NCBI GenBank assembly: GCA_951406725.2
Contig: OX597822.1
Span: 57,102,001 to 57,166,000, forward strand
Direction of reading: 5' to 3'
DNA: 64,000 bases
DNA from: Octopus vulgaris
Lineage: Eukaryota
Of this stretch, positions 30,759-43,214 are shown piece after piece. A program made the position numbers and the translations under genes. Within the stretch, counting starts at the first letter, position 1; every line of letters starts with the position of its first letter. The notes under the pieces are model-generated. The model was not told the origin of the DNA. It did not search any database and saw nothing but the letters and a program-made list of their open reading frames with translations.

Positions 30759-30950
30759 AATTGGAATGGATTGGATTGGATTGGATTGGATTACCTATAT
30801 TCAGTCCACTACAGGACGAAGGCCTTAGCATGTTCTCTCCACCAGCCACGGTCAGATGTAGATACTATGAATTTGTGCTTGAGATCATACTAGTTTGATG
30901 AGCCTACTCTGCAACACTGGCTCGACATGGCTTGGCAGAGGGATGCAGTT
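30759..30950 (-). mobile_element. RTE-like LINE 3' end with (CCAAT)n tail
   Basis: Minus strand aaggccttcgtcctgtagtggactgaata followed by a short pentamer repeat resembles RTE 3' ends. Confidence 0.4.
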
Positions 30951-31109
30951 TCTATGTATATACGGAGCAAATAATTCACGAGAAAATATTTGTGAAGATA
31001 TCATTGACTCTATTATTATCTAGTGTAATAATTTTAAAATGATAATAATAGAAGCAATAATATAGGCGATTGCAGGCCCCAAAAAGCATTAAATAGCTGA
31101 AAGAGTAAC

Positions 31110-31260
31110 ATTAATCAAAGGACATACTAAGTATGTGTACCTGCTGGAAATAACAGTCAAAACTCTTATTTAAATCGCCATTTAAATGATGGCGATTTAA
31201 ATAAGAGTTTTGACTGTTATTTTTAGCAGGTAGACATACTTAGTATGTCCTTTGATTAAT
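31110..31260. repeat. Near-perfect palindrome, 72-bp arms and 7-nt spacer
   Basis: attaatcaaaggacatactaagtatg...cgccat-ttaaatg-atggcg...catacttagtatgtcctttgattaat. Confidence 0.95.
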
Positions 31261-31289
31261 TTTACGTGTGTGTGTGTACTCTTGCCCAG

Positions 31290-31461
31290 GAATTGTTAAG
31301 ACAATTACATCAACCCCGGTGCTCAACTGATATTTAGTTTATCAACTCCGAAGGGTAAAAGGCAAAGTCGAACTCGGCGGAATTTGCACTCAGAACGTAT
31401 GGACGGACGAGATGTAAAGCATTTCGCCCGGCGTGCTATCGATTGTGCCAGCTTGCCGCTC
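31290..31461 (-). mobile_element. SINE family B
   Basis: aaaggcaaagtcgaactcggcggaatttgcactcagaacg...cgcccggcgtgcta...gccagcttgccgc. Confidence 0.8.
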
Positions 31462-32004
31462 TCAGCTCAGAAATAATGAAAGGAAATAATGTTATGGTGG
31501 TTTTAGTGAGGTCTGCCATTCACTAGTAAGAAATGAAAATTTATTCCTACCGCATGCAAAGTATTCAGAACCTACGCTCATGAAGATCTGTAAATCCAAT
31601 ACTCTTCGGCTCTTGATACCCAGAAAATCCTACCCCAACACTGATATATAAAGTTTGATCAAATTTTCCTTCTCTAGCGTACACAAAATTTGTCTTATTC
31701 AGACTCAGCATAAACCATTGAGTATAATCGCACTTAGACATGCACACCAGAGGTTGGTATGCGAGAAAAGAAAATGGTCGTAGTTTAAAGAGAATCGTTG
31801 GTCTTTTCCTAATATTTATTCTACCCAAACTAACACAAAAGTTATGGGATTTCGACTAAAATTTCAACTTAGCTGCAATATCCATAACTTCTCTGATTCT
31901 CTTCCAGTTTGATTATGTATGCTAGTACACCTGCGCTTGCATTTTTCTGCTTGTATGTGTGTGTGCGTGTATTGTGTATATATGTGTGTGTGTGTATATA
32001 TAAC

Positions 32005-32151
32005 TTATAATTTAGAGTATCTAAGAGATACCACAACGCTGGAAATAGCAGCCAAAACTTTACTCTAAAACCACATTTAATGTGGTTTTAGAGTCAAGTT
32101 TTGGTTGCTATTTCCAGCGTGGTGGTATCTCTTAGATACCCTAAATTATAA
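32005..32151. repeat. Near-perfect palindrome, 73-bp arms and 1-nt centre
   Basis: ttataatttagagtatctaagagatacc...ccacatt-t-aatgtgg...ggtatctcttagataccctaaattataa. Confidence 0.95.
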
Positions 32152-32236
32152 TTTTAATAATTATTATTACCTTTGAAGGTTTTTATTTCTATGCTGGCCA
32201 CCTAGTAAGATCGGTATTTAAATAACGATCTTATCC

Positions 32237-32322
<86 letters not shown>

Positions 32323-32824
32323 TTTCGGTGCGAATGGTTTTGTTATATGGTGCCGTATTTTTTTACAACCCTGTAAGTAATAATAATGGTATTCGCCATA
32401 GGCGATCACCGAGCAATGACTAAGGAAAATAGTCTAATAAAGGGGCATATAAGCCCCCGACAGAAAAAAGAAGGCTTTCCTATCCGCGTGAGACTTTTTA
32501 CACCGATTTTCGAAATATATTTTTTATTGCAGAATTCTTTGAAGACAACTGTGTTAAAATCTGAAGTTCTTAAATTTACCCCTTCAGGCTCCACAGCTCA
32601 CTTGAAATTTTGAATAAAGTGAAAAATCGATTTATAACACGTTTGCCGTTCCTCAGTTTAGTTTTTACATTGATTATTACGAATTAATTTTCTTTTGTGA
32701 CATGTTTTAATAACAACAGTGTTAAAATCTCAAGCTGTACAATTTATATCTTTACACTCCGCAATGCACTTAAAATTACGAAATTATATGAAATAAATAG
32801 ACTTTTCGACTTTGTTTTCTGTAA

Positions 32825-33177
32825 TTCCTCCGCCTTAGCGAAGGCAGAGTTATTGTTTTCAATCGTGTTTGCTTGTCCGTGGACAAGATATCTCAAGAAC
32901 CGCTGGATAGATTCGGATGAAACTTTCAGGGATGTTTAGCCTCGTGACTGGCATGAACTGATTGGATTTGGGGATCGATCCGGTACCGGTGAAGGATTCT
33001 ATATTATTTTTCCGGTTTTTTTTTCTTAATTTTTGAGAGTGGTCGGGTTCATTTTTAGTATTCTCGCTTGTCGAGTTTATTTCAGATATTTTCACTTTAA
33101 AGATAATTTCTGGCTAATCGTTGAGAGGACGTTGGTGTTCCCTTGGCGGAGTTTTGCGCTCTCTGAGTGCTCTTGTT
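32825..33177 (+). mobile_element. Non-autonomous Helentron/DINE-1-like element
   Basis: 5' cctccgccttagcgaaggcagag hairpin and subTIR, 3' ccttggcggag plus hairpin gcgctc-tct-gagtgc and a T-rich end. Related to 14463-15142. Confidence 0.75.
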
Positions 33178-33499
33178 ATTTTTAATACTAGGTCACCGAA
33201 TATATGTGTTACTTAAGGTCTTGATTACACACACATTAAAATAAGATTATGTGTAAACCAATTTTTAATTCTTGAGACATTTTGGTGATAAAAATAATTA
33301 ACATTTTCAATTTATTCGAAATAATTCCATGTAACTAAATAATAGGAATCGTAGTGCATTCCTTTTCGTTCTAGTCATAAAGCCAATTTATTTTTACGTA
33401 GGCGAGAATTATCATCTCACTCTCAAATAAAGAATGAAACAGTCAAAGATTTATTGTTTTGGAAATTCCTAAAACAACATATTATTTGTTATGGGCGTG

Positions 33500-35552
33500 A
33501 CACTGTAATTTTCCCAGTTGCATCAAATGCTGCTGTTGAATGAAGGTATCGATTTCTTCATAGGAAAATGCCTATGTTAGAGGTGGTTCAGTAACAATAG
33601 TGTTCTGTCAGTTAATTACGTCCATGTAGTTTGAGGCAGCAAAGTTTAGGGTAGGAATTTTGAAAGATCGCACAGATTTCCCTTTATACTGTATTCGAGC
33701 CTGCTTTATGTGCCTGCATACGAGTTCTCGAATGTGGCTCCGTTCATCGTTTATCATGGTTAGTAAAATATTTTCTTGGAGCGCGAAGAAAGCATTGTAC
33801 CACTTGATCCATTTCTCTCGAAGACTCCACCATCTTGGACACATTCAGAGCCCCATTTTCCGAGATAGAGGGTAGAGTTGCGTTTAATTGTGAACCACAT
33901 TGGCACATAAACTTTCATTATGTAAGCAACAATTAATTTTATCATGTTAGAAGGATTCTCGGTGGCAACATACAACCGTAGCACACGATTTGCAGTTGTA
34001 ATCCATCGACAATGCGCCATTTTACCAGGATTCCTTAATGCCATTTCAGGTGAACATTTCCTTTCAGAAATAGACAGGTGGATATCAAGAAAGTATTTTT
34101 GATCAGTACTTAGATCGTTTTTGTCTATTGATGGTAAGTCCGTTGGAATCTAATGAAATTTTACAACACTTAGTGTTTTACATCGCTCCAGCCTACACCA
34201 ATCGGCCCAAGAAATCCACGAGTCCTGTTTCTCCGTCGAAATCGTTAATAAGATGGCGTAAGGGAAGCTCATTTGCGTGGAGCTGACACACAAAACCAAT
34301 GCAATGGCTTCTTCAATTTATCCTCCAAAGGTCTAATGGTGCCTCTTTTTGGTCCTGTATTGACTGCAGTACCATCGGAACCTACAACCATCATATGATT
34401 GGTTACTATCTCATTGGTTTCCAAATAATTCAACAAACCACCAGAAATGGCTTTTGCAGAACCCGTTTTAACAGCAAAGTGCCCAAGATAGTGGAACTCA
34501 GGTTCTTCTATCAATGAAATGTTTTCTTCTTGAATTGTTTTCTTACGAAATTTTTCCCCATTTGTTCACTTATGAGGGTTGTGCCCCTCCTTCCATCAAA
34601 ATACACGGCAGATGATGGTTTATCTGGCCTACCTTCCTGCAGCAGGGATTTACGTTTTGTGGATCGTTTCTGCCTTACCTTTGATCTGTCTATAATGAAA
34701 GAACATTCACCAGATGTACTTGCTGTTAAGTCGCTCATGACCGAATTTGTAAGAAAAGCAGCAGCACGATCTGACACACCGGTACGGTCACAGTCAGAAG
34801 CTAGTTCTGGGAATTTCATTCGTTTTATTGGCGTTTTTGAACTTACGATTTTACCGACGTCTTTTATTTTTATGGAAAATGGAATTGGAAAATCTTCATT
34901 TTTGTCTGCTGATTCGTTTTCAGATTCACTGCATGATTAAAACACTGTCAATTGAGAATCCTTGGCTGGCGTAAAAGGGTTACTGTGATCTGGCCGATTC
35001 TTTCTGATCAACCTCTGAACATTTTGTTTGGATACTGCTTGATCTATTCGGCCAATGATCATTTTTCGATGTGTCTGTTGATCCTGTAAAAAAATCTTGT
35101 TCTCTCTGACATTTTGTTTTATCTCCACTACAACTGCAGTTTCTAAAGGAGTTGCACCTGCAACAGGAAATGTCAAATAAATCTTTTGTTGCATTGTTTT
35201 TAAACATATTACACTTTGTTTGAAACGATGGCACATTTTTTCTATTTTTCACAGATTTTGGTAACGCATGGTTCTTTAGATAAAAGTTTAAGATTTTCGG
35301 TTTAACTGACTAAATCGAAACACAAGGGATGGATGACTTTTGCCAAACAAGAATTATCTTTTCTTCCACGATCTTGACAATTTGTTTAATTGAAGGATCC
35401 TTCTTAACTACATTATTTTCTTTTTCTTGTTCAAATAAAATATATTTTAGTATGTTCTTGTAAGTTGGCAAAATTCGGTCGCCAAGATCATATGGAGCAC
35501 TAAATATTGGGCATTCATTATCATGGCGCGTTATTGGCTTATGAGTCACCAC
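33500..35552 (-). pseudogene. Fragmented hAT-superfamily (hATm-like) transposase
   Basis: VYFDGRRGTT, EPEFHYLGH, GSDGTAVNTG, LHWF..HANELPLRHL, STDQKY, PGKMAHCRWITTANRVLRLYV and NAFFALQENILL occur across frameshifted ORFs. Confidence 0.8.
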
Positions 35553-35844
35553 TAAATGTAAACAACACTAAATTTAACTCGATCATTAATCTTAATACAA
35601 TGGCATAAAGTCAAGGTAGAAAGTAGAAAACTTCACACACGTATGACGTACGTCCACACGCAACAACCGTTGCAGCGGCACTGGAGAATAGTTCATAATC
35701 CTGTTCTCTTTATAGTAAATGCGGAACCTCAAGATATTAGTCAGTTGTATTAAAAGTTGCTTGTCAACCTTTCTTTCCACCGTAATTCGCAACAAAATAT
35801 CGATTCTTTATTACTAATCTCGAAAGTTGCATTTTCACTCCATT

Positions 35845-35881
<37 letters not shown>

Positions 35882-35909
35882 GCATATTTATACTTTCATA
35901 TATATATGA

Positions 35910-35987
<78 letters not shown>

Positions 35988-36187
35988 ATATATATAAAAA
36001 GATAAATTTTATTAACCAACTTGTCATCTTCAATTGAAAGAACTTAACAACTGTATAGATGTAAACACAATTTTTTCTTCTATGAAGACCACCTCTTAGA
36101 GTAGCCACCGGGTTTTGCCATTTTTAAAGGCCAAGAATAACCTCGTCACTTTCTATTGAAAGAACTGACACATTAATACATGTCTTT

Positions 36188-36426
36188 TATCTTTTGTTCG
36201 TTTCGATCATTAGCCTGCGGCCATGCAGGGATGCGGCCTTGAAGAATTTTCAATGGAATGAATCAGCTTCAGTACTTATTCGTTTTTGAAGTTTTCTACT
36301 TATTCTATCGCAACTTTTGCCGAAACGCTAAGTTACTAGGATGCTAACACACCAACGATTGTTAAGCGGTGATGGGAATCAAACATACACAGATACACAC
36401 AAACATAGGCAGACATTGAGATAGAC

Positions 36427-36466
<40 letters not shown>

Positions 36467-36552
36467 AAATATACGTTTCTTTCAGTTTCCGTCTACTAAC
36501 AAGCCTTTGGTCGACCCGTGACTATAGTAGAAGACAACTGCCCGAGGTGTCT
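36188..36552 (-). mobile_element. SINE family A, 5'-truncated and degraded
   Basis: tttcagtttccgtctac...ctatagtagaagac...gcccgaggtg, plus tail homology. Confidence 0.75.
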
Positions 36553-36564
36553 TATATATACATA

Positions 36565-36610
<46 letters not shown>

Positions 36611-36615
<5 letters not shown>

Positions 36616-37013
36616 TTATAATTAAGGGCTAAAGAAGGTTATTCTATAGCCAATACACTGATTTATCCACTTATAATCCACTTGTTACAGGAAAATTGAA
36701 CTGAAAGCGGGTAACTAGCCTTTAGAAAATTTAAATTTCGTTATCTCTATATTGAATCAATTTCGGAATTAATCCATATAAAGGATATATTCTTCTTCAG
36801 TAGAGCTTACGAGGGGAGCTCTACTGAAGAAGAATATATCCTTTATAGGGATTAATTCCGAAATTGATTCAATATAGAGATAACGAAATTTAAATTTTCT
36901 AAAGGTTAGTTGCCCGCTTTCAGTTCAATTTTCCTGTAACAAGTGGATTATAAGTGGATAAATTAGTGTATTGGCTATAGAATAACCTTCTTTAGCCCTT
37001 AATTATAAGATGT
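36611..37013. repeat. 403-bp palindrome (197-bp arms, 9-nt spacer) between (TA)n tracts
   Basis: Arms 36611-36807 and 36817-37013 are reverse complements with about 4 mismatches by eye. Confidence 0.97.
36819..36879 (+). ncRNA. Type-I hammerhead ribozyme candidate (mirror copy at 36745-36805, minus strand)
   Basis: Stem I ctcta/tagag, core CTGAAGA, stem II gaat...attc, GAAA, stem III ttga-t-tcaa, cleavage triplet AUA. The first stem II pair is A-C. Confidence 0.65.
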
Positions 37014-37107
37014 TTATACTTCAACCGTAAAGGTTTTTTTAATATACTGCCACGCGTTTTGATGGAATCCTTTTCTGTAGAGAAGGGGACTTCATCCTAT
37101 ATTGTTA

Positions 37108-37145
<38 letters not shown>

Positions 37146-37177
37146 CTTTTTGAATTGATAAAAGGTGGGGTTTTTTC

Positions 37178-37213
<36 letters not shown>

Positions 37214-37354
37214 GAAAAAAAAACACCTTTTATCAATTCAAAATGAACAATTAAATTACACCATCTAGAAAATTACATATAATAGAAATATTAACATTAA
37301 AATAACAATAAAATGTCAATGATTAAGTAAAGTGCAAAAAAAATAATTGTAGTA

Positions 37355-37443
37355 TAAAGACACGTGTTTCGTGGCTATATTTAAGAAATGACTATAGTGG
37401 TAGAGAAAACACTTCGATATAAATATAGTCACCCATCAGGTTA
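37355..37443 (-). ncRNA. Degenerate type-I hammerhead ribozyme
   Basis: taac-CTGATGG (A9>G), stem II gtgactatattta/taaatatagccac, GAAA, palindromic cacgtg, then TC. Confidence 0.55.
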
Positions 37444-37485
37444 AAAATAAACTAGAACAATAAAATAATTAATTAATAAATATAC

Positions 37486-37547
<62 letters not shown>

Positions 37548-38167
37548 GAAAATTCTAAATATACATAAGTGAAAACTAAAAAAATACTTAAATTATTAAA
37601 TACTTTAAAATTGAATAAAATACACAAAGCTAGTACAAGTCATTAAATTGTAATCAAAATAAGAAAAGGTTCAAATATAGACAAACTCCTTAAATAAGCT
37701 AACCATATAATCAATGTACATGTGTAGTACATGTACATTATGAGAATCTATAACAAAGTTGACTAAATATCAAATAATATAATACCAAATTAACTTAAAA
37801 TTTAATATTATAAATAAATAAGCCACCTAATAGTTAAATAATATATTGTCTGACTAAATAAATTCTTAAATTAAATTAAATGTAATTCGTTAGATCCCTT
37901 TAAATATAAATATATGTCGTTATTCTACAATTTATATACGTTATTATTATTATTTTTCTGCAATTTACTTAATCATTGACATTTTATTGTTATTTTAATG
38001 TTGATATTTCTATTATATGTAATTTTCCAGATGGTGTAATTCAATTGTTCATTTTGAATTGATAAAAGCTGGCTTTTTTCTAATTTGTGTGAAATTTGAT
38101 TTAGTATTTCTAAATTGATTTTTTTTTTTCCTTGTAAGTTTTGGATTTTATTCCATCAAATATTAAT

Positions 38168-38226
<59 letters not shown>

Positions 38227-38381
38227 AGTAGGTGAATGAATTATCCTATGTTTATCGTCAGCATGGAAAATTCGTTTAACCGAAACCTGGGTAGCAAATT
38301 CACGTCAGAAACACGGTTGAAGCGACCTGTCAAGGGTAGAAACTCCGGGTTCATGTGCAGAAATTTGTGTGTTGTATATGA

Positions 38382-39289
38382 ATAAATGAAAGAATGGAGT
38401 CGAACGAAGATGTTAACAAAATTCCTTTACTCTCGACACATGTTTCGAAGACAGCATGTTTTCATTCATTTCGATCTCGGAGGACAACCCCAACAGAATT
38501 AAATTTTTGTCTACTAATTCTAAGATTAAGAATTCTATTTACCAGTGTAGAATTTCTTCCGGTACCGATGTCTTCTATATAGGAGCGTCCACTTCCCAGT
38601 TGTCCAAGAGAATTTCAAACTACTATTCAACATTCAGGGATAATAAAAAACGACATAGCTAAGTAAATTAGTTTGGCGTCTTAAAGACAACAATATAATT
38701 TTCAAGTTAGATTGGTTCATACTGTCTGTATCCTTTCCTTTTGATAAGGGCAGGAGATTTTGTAACATTTGTAACTCTGAACTCTTCCATATTCTTTTCT
38801 CTAAGGTTCCCCTAGTAAACACACTCATAGGAAAATCATACAAATGTAAACACTGGCAGAAACACACTTTCTACTCATATAAATGATAACGATAGTCACT
38901 GTGGTTTGAACAATTAGCTTTACGTCCACCCCACTTCTATTGAGAAATTATTTCCTAAGCCTTCGGACATTCTTTCAATCAACGTACCCTTCCCTCTCCA
39001 CTTGTTCCCTACCTATTATTACTCTATCCCTTCTCTTCCTACTATCTATTTTTGACGTCAATTCTTCTAACGGTTTTTTAAAAAAAACACTCATTATCGC
39101 TTTGTTTACCATGTAGGCAATCATCGAAATTTTTGTTTGTCTTGTTGTCGAGAGAGGCTCCCTTTCTTTCCTGATGAGAAGATTGCATAATACACCCCTT
39201 ATTCCTTTGGAATGAAAACATGCTGTCTTCGAAACATGCGTCGAGAGTAAAGGAATTTTGTTAACATCTTCGTTCGACTCCATTCTTTC

Positions 39290-39294
<5 letters not shown>
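38382..39294 (+). mobile_element. 5'-truncated Penelope-like element with an inverted terminal copy at its 5' end
   Basis: GIY-YIG C-terminus SIYQCRIS..VFYIGASTSQLSKRISNYYSTF...LSKLVWRLKD...CNICNSE...CKH. 38382-38467 is the reverse complement of 39210-39294. Ends at (TA)n. Confidence 0.9.
39166..39247 (+). ncRNA. Type-I hammerhead ribozyme in the Penelope 3' UTR/pLTR, apparently intact
   Basis: Stem I ctttc/gagag, CTGATGA 39171-39177, stem II gaaga...tcttc, GAAA 39231-39234, short stem III catgcg, GUC cleavage after 39242. Confidence 0.8.
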
Positions 39295-39373
<79 letters not shown>

Positions 39374-40240
39374 GACGTGCTTCTTTCAGTGTCCCTCTAC
39401 AAAATCCATTCACAAGGCATTGGTTGTGTGGGAAGTGGGGATATGTATATATGTGTATATGCATATGTATGTAAACATATAGGTATGAAAATAAACAGAT
39501 CAACATACAGGTGAATAGGTACATAGGTTGTGTGGACAAGCACACATACGCAAATGGAGAGTGAAACACATGATCATATATACACACACACACACTTTAA
39601 TTCACACATGAAAACATATGGAGGCACGTGTCAATACATTGGAGATGCACATCCATACATACAAACACGGTACATAGTTGCAAAACACACACACACTCAG
39701 ACATGCATACACAGGGAGACAGAGGTGCATACATATAAAAACACACGCACACATACACATACATAAAAAAACACACAAACACTGACATGCAAGCACATGA
39801 ATATGCAGCATACATACATACAGATGCACACACATACATACATATATACATATGCATACATACACATATATACATACACACATGCATGCATACATACATA
39901 CATACATACATATATACATACATACATACATACACACACACATGCACACACATGCACACACACTCACCTAAACACATGCGCACAAACGAACAAAAAGGAA
40001 CGCAGTGTAAATAAGGGACAGACTCAAGACTATTGAAAAGGTTGCAAGACGAAAATTTTAGGAAAATAAAAATATGAAATACGTGGATATTTTACCAGTG
40101 AGTGTGTTAAATTATACGGCACAAAAAGAAAATAACTCTCCCCAGACACAACAGAATATATATATATGTACATATTTATATATGTATGTGTACATATATA
40201 TACATACATATATATATATATGTATGTGTTCAGTTTAAAC

Positions 40241-40286
40241 AAAACTGTCCGACGAACGGGAACATGAAACTCTGAGTAACAGTTTT
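40241..40286 (+). ncRNA. Minimal hammerhead relic
   Basis: 8-bp stem I aaaactgt/acagtttt, core CCGACGA (U4>C), acg-ggaa-cat, GAAA, ctc-t-gag, then TA. Confidence 0.55.
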
Positions 40287-40548
40287 TGTGATATTTTTGC
40301 TGCTTTTTAATAAAGTATATATATATATAAGAATATGTTTAACGGAGACAATACTCCGTGTATAGTACCAGTTTTTTGTGCTCGTTTATGAGCAAAGACG
40401 TAATAAAAAATTTTTGTAGAAGACTTTAAATTTTGGGATGATGCTGTAGCAATTTTACCAGTTATATTTTTAATTTTTTTAATTCTCTAATCATTCGACG
40501 TCCACCTACCAATAGGAATTCATTATGTAAAATTTACCATAAACATCG

Positions 40549-40635
40549 AACCCTGAATAAGGAAATATTATTCGAGGGAGTTGAATGCGGACTGTTCCTA
40601 TAGCCCCTTAATATTTTCTGAAACGGCCGTAGGTT
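40549..40635 (+). ncRNA. Hammerhead relic
   Basis: Stem I aacc/ggtt, core CTGAATA (G8>U), stem II aggaaatatta/taatattttct, GAAA, palindromic cggccg, GUA site. Confidence 0.6.
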
Positions 40636-40946
40636 TTAACTGACGTTTACTTTTCATGATTTTTAACTGATTTTTACCTTCATGATGTCTCGTATTACTG
40701 AACTCTATTGTCCCTCGAATACACGTGTCTACACATGCATACACGGTTTTCATGTTCTTATATCTTGAGTCATTTACATTTTATATAATCATTATTTTTA
40801 TTATATTTTTTATTATTTTTTATTATTTTTTTAATATTTGAATATTTAATATAATCATGTATCCCATCTAAGTATTATAAATCACTTTAAGCACGATTTC
40901 GTTTTCGGATGTGAAGTACTGACAACTGAAATGTTAATCTTCTACA

Positions 40947-41066
<120 letters not shown>

Positions 41067-41134
41067 CTGTAAATGTAATATGTGACAATTATTCGGTAGC
41101 CATGATAAAACTCCGAGTTTCGGATGCGACATGT

Positions 41135-41203
<69 letters not shown>

Positions 41204-42449
41204 TACATTTATATGTACACTCACACGCGATTGAGATTTTGTCATTATTTCTTGTATATCGATAACTGAGTAGAAACTTATAGGTTTCTAACCCATCTTT
41301 TTTCCTTTTTGATTTTAGTTTGTTCCTTAAGATTAGCTCTGGTTTGAAGGAGAGTTCACGGTTATTTCTCGTAGGTTGATTGTCTTCATGAAGGCTGTAC
41401 CAATACATCTCCTTACTGTGTATAAAGCAATGTTCTTGACCTTACTTTAGCAAAACAACAGAAATTACTGCCACACAAGAATTACTGTTTGTTTCAACTC
41501 ATAGTGTTATTGCTATCGTACGTTGTTGTTGTTGAGGTGGTAGTTACACGTTGTTGCTGTTGTTGTTGCTGCTGTTGTTTTTGTACGTTGTTGCTGTTAC
41601 GCGTTGGTGTTTAACGCGTTGGTGTTTTACGCGTTGTTGCTGTTACGTGTTGGTGTCGATTAAAGCCCTTATGGAAGAAACCCTATATAAAATAGTTGAT
41701 TTCATGTGATCCACTGAACCACAGCTCTAGTTATGTAAAATTTTCGGCTAGCTGAACTCCATACTGGATATATTGCTATAGAGTATTATGCACTGTACTC
41801 TCGCAGTTTAGACAAAATTATTTTAATTTGTACATATTGTAGTTCATCCAAGTTGCTGTAGTGTTTGTACATATTGCTTCATGCAGTCTGAACAAATTAT
41901 TGCAATTTCTGCAAGCTATTGAAGCTTGATGTTATTGCACTCTGGATATGTGATTAGAGTATTGCACATTGTTGCAGTCTGTGAATGTTAGTGCAGTTTG
42001 TGCATGCTATTTTCGTTTGTGCGTATTGTTTTCTGTCTGGGAATGTTGTTGTAGTCTGTACATTTCGTTGCAGCTTTTGCATGTTACTGCAAATGTTTCT
42101 AATCGTTGCAGATATGGTTTGACATATTAGTGTGTTTTTACACATGGAAGTAGAAGACTAGGATTCGCAGTTGCAGCAGCAACAAACTAGGCCCTTCATA
42201 CGCTCAGTTAGGTCTATCGTATCCTTATGTAGGCGGCCAAGGGCTATATATTTTCTTGTTGTGTAAAGTTAAGCCCCTTCATGTTTTGCTTTCAAATCCT
42301 GCCGAGATTAACATCACTTTTCATCCCTTCAGGGCTCAATAATACATGTCATCTGTCAAGCACAAGGATTATTATTTTTATAAATATTAATTAATACTTT
42401 TTAAAAAATAATTGAAAACATTTATTCTTAAAGAAACTTGAGTATATTA

Positions 42450-42634
42450 TAGTGCTGTGCAACCTTTTTCACTTGCGGTACACTTATATTCTTTTCAAAA
42501 TCCGGCAGCACATCTGAACTAAAACTATAACTAAATGTATAGGGAAAATAATAATATTCAAGTCACATTGCGGCACACCTAGCACCGTATCGTGGCACAC
42601 CAGTGTGCCGCGGCATACCGGTTGTGGGGCACTG
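42450..42634 (+). mobile_element. hAT (Charlie-type) MITE with 8-bp TSD
   Basis: Ends tagtgctgtgcaacc and ggttgtggggcactg. TSD gtatatta at 42442-42449 and 42635-42642. Confidence 0.88.
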
Positions 42635-42793
42635 GTATATTATCAGCAGTAGAAGAAGCAAGAGAGCTACTGGGGTTAATATAATCGACTATACTCCTAC
42701 ACATCTCCCAAAATGTTTGTCCTTTGTTAGAAACACTTATATAGATGGTAAAAAGATGTAGAAAGTGATGTTTAGTTTTGTTTCTGTATTTTT

Positions 42794-42837
<44 letters not shown>

Positions 42838-43093
42838 GAACCTGTTTAAACGAGAATATAGAAAGGAGAAATCAAAGTCTTCAGTGTGAGCATGTAGTTG
42901 TGGGGCCTACCGCGTCCTCCGCTTCACTTTTTGTAAATCATTCATTCTCATTTAATTGTATATATTTTAATTGTTTGTTTATTCATACGTTTCGTCTCAT
43001 TCGATACCCTGACCCCAATGTCTGTTTGGTCTGTCCTCGTATCGTCCCACCTTTTTCTCAACCTTATGGTTAATAAAGAAATTCTCTCCCCCA

Positions 43094-43135
<42 letters not shown>

Positions 43136-43214
43136 GGTATTTAGCAGAATTCCATACGTGATCGAAAAAGTAACAATAATGTCTAAGCAGCTAGCGACTT
43201 GGTTGTTATTTGTG

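Noticed and set aside
41820-42150. Cys/Gln-rich 63-aa ORF
   Set aside because: It derives from a degenerate tgtgcatattgttgcagtc-like minisatellite with stops in adjacent units.
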